From positions 10,656 to 74,655 of the forward strand of contig JAEEJY010000005.1 in assembly GCA_016282155.1 (NCBI GenBank): DNA of 64,000 nt. The letters are read 5' to 3'. The notes beneath the pieces were generated by a model. That model saw only the letters and a program-made list of their open reading frames with translations. It ran no database searches and was not told the DNA's origin. A program made the position numbers and the translations under genes. Shown here piece after piece: positions 52,895 through 62,374 of this stretch. Each line of letters starts with the position of its first letter. The stretch's first letter is position 1. Source of the stretch: Bacillales bacterium. GTDB taxonomy: Bacteria > Bacillota_I > Bacilli_A > RF39 > UBA660.

Positions 52895-53863
52895 CTACTC
52901 AAGAATAAACGGATCATCTGCAACTCCGGCTGCTGGAGTATAACTAATACCAGCTTTTAATATCAATATTGGACGAAGTGAATATTCTGAAAATGAAGTT
53001 TCTAATTTTCCACTTGACCAGTATGCTACAGCATCAGAAGTTAATAATCCATCTTCAATTGTTCTACATTCAAACCAATCACCGTAGTCTACATATCTAG
53101 AAGCAACATAATAATCTTTTGCCATACTAATAGCATTTATATTTTTTAATAAATTATAATCTGTTACATAACCAAAATCACCGCCACCAAGATTTTCTTG
53201 ATTTTCCGGATGGCAACTTTCACCGGTAGCGCATGTCCAAGCATTTGACTCACTTGTAGTTAATTTAGAAGTATCTGTAATATACTCAGTTTGATTACTA
53301 TACCCCATATGTCTTGATCCTATAGTATATTTGCTGTTTTCATACTTACTAGCTAAAACATTGAGATATCCAATATAATTTACATAACCGGTTATAGTAG
53401 CAAATGCTACAGTCTCCGGTGTAGGCTCTGCAGAAACGATTTCTATTGTACCATCACTATTTTTTCTTATAACACGCCACATGTTTACTCTACTAGGATA
53501 AATTGTAGATGTACTTAAATAACTAAGATAGCCTGTTTTATTTCTATCAGTTGTAAAACGAGTTATTGTTGGCGTCATTTGAATATAGTCTCCAACATCA
53601 GGAGTATTTTTTTGTCTTATACAAGTATAATATGATGGACAAGTTGCACTTTCTCTAGCAGCTGCTTTCACATATAAGCCATCTAGTGCATCTTTTACGC
53701 TTGCTCCATCATTTAATTCTTCGATATTAGTTGCATCAACACTAACATTTGCAGAGTCTATATGAACAGCTGCCGCAAAAGTATGTTGCACAGCAACAGT
53801 TAGAAGGAAAGCGATAATAATAACATAAATACAGTCGCCTAATTTCTTTAAGAACTTTCTCAT
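52895..53863 (-). CDS. Secreted paralogue 1 (type B), putative C-type-lectin-like fold
   Basis: Signal peptide; VKDALDGLY; same core. Confidence 0.8.
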   Translation of the reverse strand: MRKFLKKLGDCIYVIIIAFLLTVAVQHTFAAAVHIDSANVSVDATNIEELNDGASVKDALDGLYVKAAARESATCPSYYTCIRQKNTPDVGDYIQMTPTITRFTTDRNKTGYLSYLSTSTIYPSRVNMWRVIRKNSDGTIEIVSAEPTPETVAFATITGYVNYIGYLNVLASKYENSKYTIGSRHMGYSNQTEYITDTSKLTTSESNAWTCATGESCHPENQENLGGGDFGYVTDYNLLKNINAISMAKDYYVASRYVDYGDWFECRTIEDGLLTSDAVAYWSSGKLETSFSEYSLRPILILKAGISYTPAAGVADDPFILE

Positions 53864-53867
53864 ATTA

Positions 53868-56800
53868 TCACTCCCCTAATCTATTATATAAATCACTTAT
53901 TGCTTGCTCTACTGTAATCTCACTACCACCTACAGGTGTATAGTAAACGTTACTTGCTGATTCTCCTATCTTTGTTTCAATATATGTTGCTGTTTCGGAA
54001 TATTCATTTCCTTCATTAAGACGTACATAAACCGTTGTTGGTTTAGCTGTATTAGCTTCATGAGTTAAAGTTATCTTTCCGCCCTTAACTATATTTGTCC
54101 AATCAACATTTTGTGTAGTGTCACTTCCAACCACAATTTTGTATTGTAGTTGACTTGCGTCTTCAGAAGTAATTGTTATCTCCCTACTTGTAGCCCAATT
54201 ACTACCATTAGGTGTAATTGTTATTGCTTTAAATGCTTCTACCATTGCAGAACTAGTTCGACTTGTTGAGTAACCAGCTCCGTTAGTCGAAGTAATCTTA
54301 TAATAAATATTACCTGAAATATTACTGATTACACAAGCACCATCTACTAATGAACCAGTTCTATTATAAGCATTAGAACTTGTTTCAACATTACTTGTTC
54401 CATACTTACATACAGTACTTGCAATATCAGATTCGGGATCTTCTGCTGTAAATGGAACTGTAATAGATGTATGTGTTGCAACGCCAGTACTTAAAGTAAC
54501 TATTGGATCTGTTGGATCAATAGCAGTCTCAGTATAAGTATATGTGTCTGAATAAGTATTAGTTACCGTATTCTTAAACCTTAAATATATATAAGTAGGA
54601 CTATCAAGTGTTGCAGCACTATTTAATGTTATAATCGAACCTCTCGCTTTAGTTGTCCAATCTACATCTTTAGAATGATCACTTGATACTACTAATTTAT
54701 ATTGAAGTTCAGAATTTTCTGCTACTCCTTTTAAAGTCATAGTTTTGGTCTTTGCCCACCCTGTTTTTGAAGAAGTTACTTTTAAAGATTCACCCACAAA
54801 ATATGAAGTTTGTCTTGCATTAGTATTATTTTGATATAAGGTTGGGGAGGCAACATTAAACGCTACAACTCTAAAGTATTTATTTCCTCTTCCAATTTGA
54901 CTCTTAGTATAAACACATGATCCCGTCAAATAATTCTTCCCTACTTCAACACTTGGTTGACTATACGCATAGGTCCAAGTTGAACCATTATTACTATTAT
55001 AAGTACAACTAATAGATTTTAATCCACTTTCATAATCAGATACAGTAAAAGGGACAGTTATTGTACTATCAGTTTCAGTAATAGAACCTAAAGTAAGCGC
55101 TGGGAAAGATCTGTCAACTTGAGTTTCAGTATAAGTGAGTGTGCTATCTGTTGAGTATGTTTTTTTATTATATAATCTCACGTAAACAGTTGTAGGACTA
55201 GTTGGTGTTGAAGTTGTAGTAACATAAACAGTACCCCCTGATTTTATATCAGTCCAACTATAACCACTACCCCTTTTATACTGCAACGTATAACCTTTTT
55301 TTGCTCCTCTTACAGTTAAATCTCTTTCGTAAGCCCATCCAGTTGAATCTGGTGTTATGCTAATTTCTTGAGGTGTAATTTGATATATAGGTGTACTTTT
55401 ACCTACTAAACCATTACTATTTTCTGCTTGAATATAAGAATAGAATTCTTTTAATGTTGTCGTTATAATACATATATTATCTTGTACAACACCATACTGT
55501 TCAGATTCACCTTCAGCATAATATCTACATCCTACTTCCGTAATTGCAGATTCCTTATCTTCTACAGTAAATGGGATTGCATAAGTGTTAGTTCCCATTG
55601 GAATAATTTGGGTAGCATTAATTTTAGGAGCTATTAAATCTAAATTAACTTCTACAAAAACTGTCTCATCTATTACTTCTCTTGTAATATTGTTATATAT
55701 TCTTGCATAAATATATGTTGGAGTTTCTATAGATGAGTGTGTTTTTACTGTAGCATATCCAATTTCAGCTGTTTCATCATCATCTGTTGATTTTGTATCA
55801 GGACGGTCCCAATCAGTACTAGAATTTGAATCATATTTAGAAATAATTCGATATTGGAAACTTAAGAATGAAGGTAACACATTTGATTCAATTTTATACT
55901 CTCTTCCTATTACTACATCATCACTATTAGTTATATTTTTTTCTGTTGTAATAGTTAAATTATATTTTGATATTGTTTCAGTTAAACCCGTTACAATTGT
56001 AGATAAACCTTTATAGTTTACTGATGTAACTCGGTAATACATATTTTCACCATTAGAAACAAAACGGCAACTATTATTATCAACCATACCTACATTTCCA
56101 TAAGTTAAATCTTTACCATATTCACATATTGTTTCACGAATACCAGTTTCATAATCATAGTTTTTGCTAAATGGTAAAACAGTACGGAATGAAGTTGTAA
56201 TTGGTGTTCCTATTTCTAATACTGGAGGTGTTGTGTCTATTACATTAACATTTCTCGTTTTAGAATATACTAAACCATTTGTTGTTAAAGTATATTGGAT
56301 ATAAGATTTACCACCTTCTACTATATACTCAACAAGTAATTTAGTCTTATCATCTTGATATGCATATGTAGGAACATTAAAAGTTAAATTAACATTTTCA
56401 CTTGTTATTATATGTTCTACACTATTAAAATCTTTAAATTTTACTCCCGGTTCAACATAACCTGTATCTGGATTCCATGTTACAGGATTATCTCCAAGTA
56501 ACTCTAAATACAAATTATTAATTGCACTACTACAATCATCCTCTGAACCATCAAGAAGTTTATCACCACTTATTTTATAAGAATATGTATTTTTAGTTTT
56601 TTTAATAACAAAACGCATAGCGTTTGATAAACAACTTTCTGTTTTAGGATTACGAATATCAGAATCAACAATATTTGCTTGTTTTAATTCGGCAAGTGTT
56701 ATTACAATTTCATCATTACTATAAAATCTATCATAATTATCTTTAGTCCAAGCCTCTAAAGAATTTAATAGGGAAACTTTTTGCTTATTATAAGCGTCAT

Positions 56801-56909
56801 CTTTAGCGTTCTTAATACCTCTATCTACTGCGGGAACTACTATTACGGCAAGTACTCCTAAGATAGTAATAACTGCAAGTACTTCAACTAACGTAAAACC
56901 TTTTTTCAT
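53868..56909 (-). CDS. Giant type IV pilin-like protein with repeated beta-sandwich stalk
   Basis: MKKG|FTLVEVLA; Ig-like LLGDNP...YVEPG; four ~190-aa bipartite repeats (PFTxxDxESxI...C...C and LQYK...WT...PTxxYxR); ends ASNVYY...TVEQAISDLY. Confidence 0.85.
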   Translation of the reverse strand: MKKGFTLVEVLAVITILGVLAVIVVPAVDRGIKNAKDDAYNKQKVSLLNSLEAWTKDNYDRFYSNDEIVITLAELKQANIVDSDIRNPKTESCLSNAMRFVIKKTKNTYSYKISGDKLLDGSEDDCSSAINNLYLELLGDNPVTWNPDTGYVEPGVKFKDFNSVEHIITSENVNLTFNVPTYAYQDDKTKLLVEYIVEGGKSYIQYTLTTNGLVYSKTRNVNVIDTTPPVLEIGTPITTSFRTVLPFSKNYDYETGIRETICEYGKDLTYGNVGMVDNNSCRFVSNGENMYYRVTSVNYKGLSTIVTGLTETISKYNLTITTEKNITNSDDVVIGREYKIESNVLPSFLSFQYRIISKYDSNSSTDWDRPDTKSTDDDETAEIGYATVKTHSSIETPTYIYARIYNNITREVIDETVFVEVNLDLIAPKINATQIIPMGTNTYAIPFTVEDKESAITEVGCRYYAEGESEQYGVVQDNICIITTTLKEFYSYIQAENSNGLVGKSTPIYQITPQEISITPDSTGWAYERDLTVRGAKKGYTLQYKRGSGYSWTDIKSGGTVYVTTTSTPTSPTTVYVRLYNKKTYSTDSTLTYTETQVDRSFPALTLGSITETDSTITVPFTVSDYESGLKSISCTYNSNNGSTWTYAYSQPSVEVGKNYLTGSCVYTKSQIGRGNKYFRVVAFNVASPTLYQNNTNARQTSYFVGESLKVTSSKTGWAKTKTMTLKGVAENSELQYKLVVSSDHSKDVDWTTKARGSIITLNSAATLDSPTYIYLRFKNTVTNTYSDTYTYTETAIDPTDPIVTLSTGVATHTSITVPFTAEDPESDIASTVCKYGTSNVETSSNAYNRTGSLVDGACVISNISGNIYYKITSTNGAGYSTSRTSSAMVEAFKAITITPNGSNWATSREITITSEDASQLQYKIVVGSDTTQNVDWTNIVKGGKITLTHEANTAKPTTVYVRLNEGNEYSETATYIETKIGESASNVYYTPVGGSEITVEQAISDLYNRLGE

Positions 56910-56911
56910 AT

Positions 56912-57352
56912 CTAGTCCCTCGGATCACCTTTAGCAGGTTCACCATTATAAGGTTTAAGATTGCTTTCACTACAACTACTGTCATCATAAGTATAAGTGT
57001 CTTTAAGTAAAGTATACTTAAATGAATTCTTAATACGGGTAATTCGAATAACAGTATCATTGCTTACGCAAGAGTCATTTCTTGGATCCCTTACATCTAC
57101 ATCTAGTAATTCCATAAATTTTAAATATCCTAATGTAATATCAAGATATCCTCCATCTTCTTCCGGTATCTCACTAGCTAAATATGGCGTAGCTGTCTTA
57201 GCAGCATCTATTATGGAATTAATTTGACCATCATATAGCTTTTCCCTATTAGATTTTAAAATTGAATCAACGCCTGGTACAACAATTAAAGCAAGAACAC
57301 CTATAATTGTTATCACGGCTAACACTTCTACTAACGTAAATCCTTTTTTCAT
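56912..57352 (-). CDS. Short type IV pilin-like protein; first gene of operon
   Basis: MKKG|FTLVEVLAVITIIG; pilin domain similar to the N-terminus of the next gene (ITL..LK...D.D.R.P....C.SN); start moved to 57352. Confidence 0.87.
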   Translation of the reverse strand: MKKGFTLVEVLAVITIIGVLALIVVPGVDSILKSNREKLYDGQINSIIDAAKTATPYLASEIPEEDGGYLDITLGYLKFMELLDVDVRDPRNDSCVSNDTVIRITRIKNSFKYTLLKDTYTYDDSSCSESNLKPYNGEPAKGDPRD

Positions 57353-57409
57353 ATTCTCACCTATTATCATTATATCATAAAAAAAGAACAAAAAAATACT
57401 TTTTTGTTC

Positions 57410-58573
57410 TTAAAAATTGAGCATTATCCATTCTGGTTTAAAGATTAATAATAAACCTATTAAAATCATTATAATTCCACCTACTAAATGGCATAATCTA
57501 TTATATTTAGTTGTAATTCCTGATAATTTTAATGATACCATAGCTATAACAAATACAACTAGGTCATCTAATAAATAGAAGAATACATATAATAAAATAT
57601 ATAATATTTCTTTAACTAATGAGATATTATTTAAATCCATTATAGATACAAATATACTTGGGAAACCTGCTGAGCAAGCAAGTTCTACCATATTAACACT
57701 AATAGCTAAAGCAATTACACCTATTAAGGCAAAGATAATACTTTTTTCTTTAGTAAATTTATCTATTCTCGTAAAATACTTCTTACGTTTTTTGCTATCA
57801 ACTACTGTACAACCATCTTTAGGTGTTTCAATATAAGATTTTATATTAAGTATTCCACCTACTAAAGCTACTAAAGCAATTATTCTTCTTACCCAAATAA
57901 CAGCAGTAAATGATAGTACTACAGATAGTCCTAGCATTGCTAAGAAATATACAAATGCACTAGTAAATAAGAAAGTAAATCCTATTAACCACATTCTCTT
58001 TTTATTTTGCATATTAAATAGCATATTTATTAAGAATAATAATACCCACATAGCACAAGGATTAAATCCATCAATTAAACCTAATACTACCGCTACTAAA
58101 GGAATAGATACATCCTTAGCACTTACTTTACCTAATAAAGGTAAGGAAAATGTTTTTTCTGTATTTTTAGTTTCTTTTAGATAATTATCAATTATACTTC
58201 TTATTTCTTCTTTACGTGAATCACCAAAGCCTGTAAAAGATTCATCACCTATTACTGTAAAAGGTACATATTGATCATGCTTTTCAAATCTTTCTTTAAC
58301 CAAATTCATGTATTCAGCATTCTTTTTATTACCTGACACTTCATATCTTCTTACTGTGATTTTATCTTTATACTCTTCTTCTAATTCATCTAAGAAGGCC
58401 ATTTCTTTACGGCAATGTGGGCAACTTTCTTGATGAAATAAATATATTGTTAAATTATTAGTTTTTTCTTCACCTACTATATCATACACTCTATCAATAT
58501 ATGTACTCTTAGCAGATACCAACATAGGTATAAAAAGTAATAATGTAAATATTAGTAATTTAAATCTTTTCAT
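57410..58573 (-). CDS. Extracytoplasmic thioredoxin/glutaredoxin domain fused to CcdA/DsbD-like membrane domain
   Basis: Signal peptide, CPHC, VPF, then TM region with DGFNPCAMWV and ELACSAGFP cysteines. Confidence 0.8.
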   Translation of the reverse strand: MKRFKLLIFTLLLFIPMLVSAKSTYIDRVYDIVGEEKTNNLTIYLFHQESCPHCRKEMAFLDELEEEYKDKITVRRYEVSGNKKNAEYMNLVKERFEKHDQYVPFTVIGDESFTGFGDSRKEEIRSIIDNYLKETKNTEKTFSLPLLGKVSAKDVSIPLVAVVLGLIDGFNPCAMWVLLFLINMLFNMQNKKRMWLIGFTFLFTSAFVYFLAMLGLSVVLSFTAVIWVRRIIALVALVGGILNIKSYIETPKDGCTVVDSKKRKKYFTRIDKFTKEKSIIFALIGVIALAISVNMVELACSAGFPSIFVSIMDLNNISLVKEILYILLYVFFYLLDDLVVFVIAMVSLKLSGITTKYNRLCHLVGGIIMILIGLLLIFKPEWIMLNF

Positions 58574-58826
58574 TTATCTCTTTTATTACACTTTCTACTT
58601 CTTCATAACTTTTTTCACCAACTAATCTTTTATATTCTTCATTATCTTTATAAAAAATTATAACTGGCAAAGTATTCCCTACATTGTACTTTTCAACTTC
58701 TTCACTATCCATATCTAGATCTAAACTAGTTATATCAAGTTCATAGTTTTCATTTAATTTATTCCATACTTTTTGCATTATTATGCATCCAGGACACCAC
58801 ATAGCCCCTATTTTAACTATCTTCAT
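58560..58826 (-). CDS. Thioredoxin family protein
   Basis: WCPGC, TLPVIIF. Confidence 0.88.
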   Translation of the reverse strand: MKIVKIGAMWCPGCIIMQKVWNKLNENYELDITSLDLDMDSEEVEKYNVGNTLPVIIFYKDNEEYKRLVGEKSYEEVESVIKEINEKI

Positions 58827-58833
58827 AATTCAC

Positions 58834-59955
58834 CTATTTCTTTAATTCATGATAGCATTTATCAAATGCTATTAAGAATTCATCAATCTCTTCATCTGTT
58901 GTTACATAGGATAAACTTATACGAAGTGATGAACTAGCTCTTGCCTCATCATGTGTTAAAGCAAGTACACTAGCAGAAATATTCTTTTCACTAGAACATG
59001 CTGTTTGTGTAGAAATATATACATCATATTTTTCTAAAGCATGTAAAAATGTCTCAGGTTTAACTCCAACTACACTTATATTAAGGACATAAGGTAAACA
59101 TTTATCATTTGAGTTAATGTATACATCTTTATATTCTTTAAGTTTATCTTTTAAACGATTATTTAATTTAGTAACATATTCATAATTACTTGCGATATCA
59201 CTTGTTGCAAGTCTTAAAGCTTTACTAATTGATACTATTAGTGGATGCGCTGGTGTACCACTACGATATATAGTAGTTGATTTACCACCATGAATAATTG
59301 GATCAATAACAATATTCTCTTTTTTAACTAAAATACCTATTCCTTTTAAACCAAAAAATTTATGAGCACTAAAAGAAGCAGTATCAATATTCGAAAAATC
59401 AATATCAATCTTACCCATTGCTTGAGTCACATCTACATGATAGTAGCATTTAGGATATTCTTTAACTATCTTACCAATTTCATTAATTGGTTGAATAATA
59501 CCTATTTCACTATTAATAGCGTTAATACTAACTAAGATAGTATCATCACGCATTAAACTTCTTAAATGATCTAAATCAACTGTTCCATCTTCTTTAGATT
59601 CAACAAAGTCTACTTCAAATCCTTGTTTTTGTAAATAACCTAAAGGTCCATAAATAGAAGAATGCTCATAATGTGTTGTTATAATATGCTTCCCTCTATT
59701 TTGATATCTTAAGCAGATTCCTTTAATAGCCAAGTTATTTGATTCACTAGAACCGCTTGTATATATTATTTCAGTTGGTTTAACATGAATAATATTTGCT
59801 ATTTGATTTGTTGCTTGATCAATTAGATTTTTACTATTAGTTCCTAATTTATGTAACGAATTAGGATTACCAGGAAAATCTAAACAAGCTCTATTAAAAC
59901 TATTAAGTACATCTTCATTTACTGGTGTACTAGCAGAATAATCTAAATATACCAT
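58834..59955 (-). CDS. iscS: Cysteine desulfurase (IscS/NifS family)
   Basis: YLDYSASTP, GNPNSLH, TSGSSESNN, SAHKFFG, RSGT, STQTACSS. Confidence 0.88.
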   Translation of the reverse strand: MVYLDYSASTPVNEDVLNSFNRACLDFPGNPNSLHKLGTNSKNLIDQATNQIANIIHVKPTEIIYTSGSSESNNLAIKGICLRYQNRGKHIITTHYEHSSIYGPLGYLQKQGFEVDFVESKEDGTVDLDHLRSLMRDDTILVSINAINSEIGIIQPINEIGKIVKEYPKCYYHVDVTQAMGKIDIDFSNIDTASFSAHKFFGLKGIGILVKKENIVIDPIIHGGKSTTIYRSGTPAHPLIVSISKALRLATSDIASNYEYVTKLNNRLKDKLKEYKDVYINSNDKCLPYVLNISVVGVKPETFLHALEKYDVYISTQTACSSEKNISASVLALTHDEARASSSLRISLSYVTTDEEIDEFLIAFDKCYHELKK

Positions 59956-60044
59956 TTTTATCACCTTGTTTATATTATACACAAATATACTTTAAATATA
60001 AAGATTTTCACATAATAATCAAAAAAATAGTTAGCTTTCGCTAA

Positions 60045-61766
60045 CTATTTTAAACAAGCAAGACTTCCTGCTGTTGTAGATATATTTAATAATCCTAGAA
60101 CAAATTCTAATAATGCTGGTACTAAGAATAATACCGCTACTAAAATTACTCTAGTAAGCATCTTCTTATTAGCTGCTGACATTGATTTGTCATCAAAACT
60201 TGAAGCTGCTTTAATATAATCAACCATTGATAAGATAATTGCAAGTACTACACCAGCTATTCTTATATACCATAAAATTGTATTTAAGAATGTTTTCATA
60301 TCAGAACTTATTATGCCACAACCGCCAGTAGAAGTAATCGTAAATCCTAAATCTTTACCATCTAATTGACTCTTCTTGTCTTTTAAAGTTGTTGTTATAC
60401 GTTGTTTTAAATCAGTCGCAGTATTAGAAAGTTCATTAGCATCATCTTTAAGATCATCAGCTAATTCTGCATCACCTAATTCTTCTGCTCTTTCAGCTAA
60501 TTTTTCCTTAGCTTTAGCAGCAGCTTGCAAAGCACTGGCATGCATATTGTTATAGCTACTTACCGAACTATAATATGCATCTAATACCCCACTTTGACTA
60601 GCACACAATTTTGTTTTTATACCATCTAGATAACTTAGGAAAGCATCTACTGCACTTTCAAAATTATCTCCCGAAACGTAATTATCAATTGTTGTACTAT
60701 ATGAATTAACTTGTGTTAAACTTAATTTTGAAAAATCTTTAACAATATAATAAGGAGTCGCACCAGAACTTGATGGTGGAATCTTTTTTTCTATTTGACT
60801 AGCTAATTTTGTATCTATAGAATTATGAGCATTCTTCACTTTATTGAATTCTGTTTCAATTTCATTTTGAATATCTTCATATCTTGTGCAATTATAAGAT
60901 TGACTATATGCGGCATCCGAACTCAAATCACATGTGTCTTTAGCCACACCACTATCACCTAGTTCAAATTTTTCGCTTCCTTTATCTGTTCTAAAGAAAC
61001 CATTTCTATTTAATTTACCAGTTTCCACTAAACTTTTAACTGTTGTGTACATTTCGCCGTAACGAGAATCATTTGTTTTAACATCCTTAGTTACAGGAGT
61101 TTCACTTGCGTCTTTATATGAAGAACTAGTTTTAGGAACCTCCATCGTAAATTGAAGTTTACCACTTTCATTAAAGAATAAAGTTATATCTGCTGATACA
61201 GTATAATTCTTATCGCTCCAGTGTGTACAAGTCCAAACATCTCTCCATTGTAATTCATTAGTATAAATTTTCTTAATATTATGACCAGAATTTTTACCTA
61301 TAGCTTTACAAGCTGAATTATCACTACCGCACCAGCTAGCTTGATCATCACTATTAATAAAAACTAGTTCTGTTCCAGCTGTGATTACAAATTTACTTGG
61401 GCATTTACCAGTAGATTCATATATCGAAAAGAAAGAACTGTCAACTTTTCCTGCAGATATACCAGATGGAAATGGTCCTGAAGAAATATTATTTGCCTGC
61501 GAAAAATCTTGGTAGCCCATGTAATGAGCATTTTGATGGACAGATGTTCCATACCAAAGTAATGCTTTCTTTTTAGCATTTGACTCATTAATATATAAAT
61601 CTGTCCAATATACTTCTAAAACCCCATTATAAGAATCCTTTAATTCTCCCTGTTCCATAGTATAAGAACAAGCTCCTGTCCCTACTAATTCTGCTGCTTT
61701 AGTAATATTTGGAGCAATAAAGAACAGAATTGCAAATATAAATACGTATAATAATTTCTTTTTCAT
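60045..61766 (-). CDS. Large secreted protein with C-terminal TrbC/VirB2 pilin-like two-helix membrane domain
   Basis: Signal peptide (KKKLL...ITKA), Cys-paired ectodomain, helical region, C-terminal ILWYIRIAGVVLAIIL..DYIKA...KKMLTRVILVAVLFLVP. Confidence 0.65.
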   Translation of the reverse strand: MKKKLLYVFIFAILFFIAPNITKAAELVGTGACSYTMEQGELKDSYNGVLEVYWTDLYINESNAKKKALLWYGTSVHQNAHYMGYQDFSQANNISSGPFPSGISAGKVDSSFFSIYESTGKCPSKFVITAGTELVFINSDDQASWCGSDNSACKAIGKNSGHNIKKIYTNELQWRDVWTCTHWSDKNYTVSADITLFFNESGKLQFTMEVPKTSSSYKDASETPVTKDVKTNDSRYGEMYTTVKSLVETGKLNRNGFFRTDKGSEKFELGDSGVAKDTCDLSSDAAYSQSYNCTRYEDIQNEIETEFNKVKNAHNSIDTKLASQIEKKIPPSSSGATPYYIVKDFSKLSLTQVNSYSTTIDNYVSGDNFESAVDAFLSYLDGIKTKLCASQSGVLDAYYSSVSSYNNMHASALQAAAKAKEKLAERAEELGDAELADDLKDDANELSNTATDLKQRITTTLKDKKSQLDGKDLGFTITSTGGCGIISSDMKTFLNTILWYIRIAGVVLAIILSMVDYIKAASSFDDKSMSAANKKMLTRVILVAVLFLVPALLEFVLGLLNISTTAGSLACLK

Positions 61767-61777
61767 AAATGCCTCCA

Positions 61778-62209
61778 TTATACATTTTCCTTTGTTTTAT
61801 CTACACAACTAATATTAGATTTAACTGTGTATTCTTTTTTGTCTAAACTACGAGGATAGATAATTACATATGTTGTTGTAAAATCACAAAAGTTTTCATC
61901 TTTTAAAAATACTTCTTTATCTATTCCTTTTACTTTAGTAGTTAAATCTCTTAAATTTATAAAATAACCTTCTGATGCATATTTTTCAAATTCACTATTT
62001 GTCATATTTGGAAAAATTACTTTTTCATAATATGTAGTTGCAATTTCTTCAATAACATTTTTAGTTTCTTTTTCCGAAGTTATTTCTCGCTCTGCTGTAT
62101 CCGGTATAAATATATTTACTATTGATATGATTATCGCTAATACTAATACTACTGCAATAACAATAATCTTGGATTTATTTTCCTCAATAATCTCATTAAA
62201 ACCTTCCAT
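61778..62209 (-). CDS. Pilin-like single-TM protein lacking canonical prepilin site
   Basis: TM helix, then A..YYE...INLRDL...C....YV.I......YTV...SC, similar to pilin 39624..40007. Confidence 0.55.
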   Translation of the reverse strand: MEGFNEIIEENKSKIIVIAVVLVLAIIISIVNIFIPDTAEREITSEKETKNVIEEIATTYYEKVIFPNMTNSEFEKYASEGYFINLRDLTTKVKGIDKEVFLKDENFCDFTTTYVIIYPRSLDKKEYTVKSNISCVDKTKENV

Positions 62210-62374
62210 TTAATCACTACCCTTACTAGCAAAATTATAACATAATATCCTGTAAATTAAAATAGTCTAATTTGCAAAAAGAATTATCTTGTTGTAAAAT
62301 TAATTATGTAAACTTTTTTAGGATATATATATCTTACTAAGATATATGTTATAATTAAAGAGCGAGGCGAGAAA

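Noticed and set aside
50074-53863. Diversity-generating retroelement acting on the four paralogues
   Set aside because: No reverse transcriptase or non-coding template repeat in the window, and the variable regions differ by indels and all base types rather than adenine-specific substitutions; a remote DGR cannot be excluded
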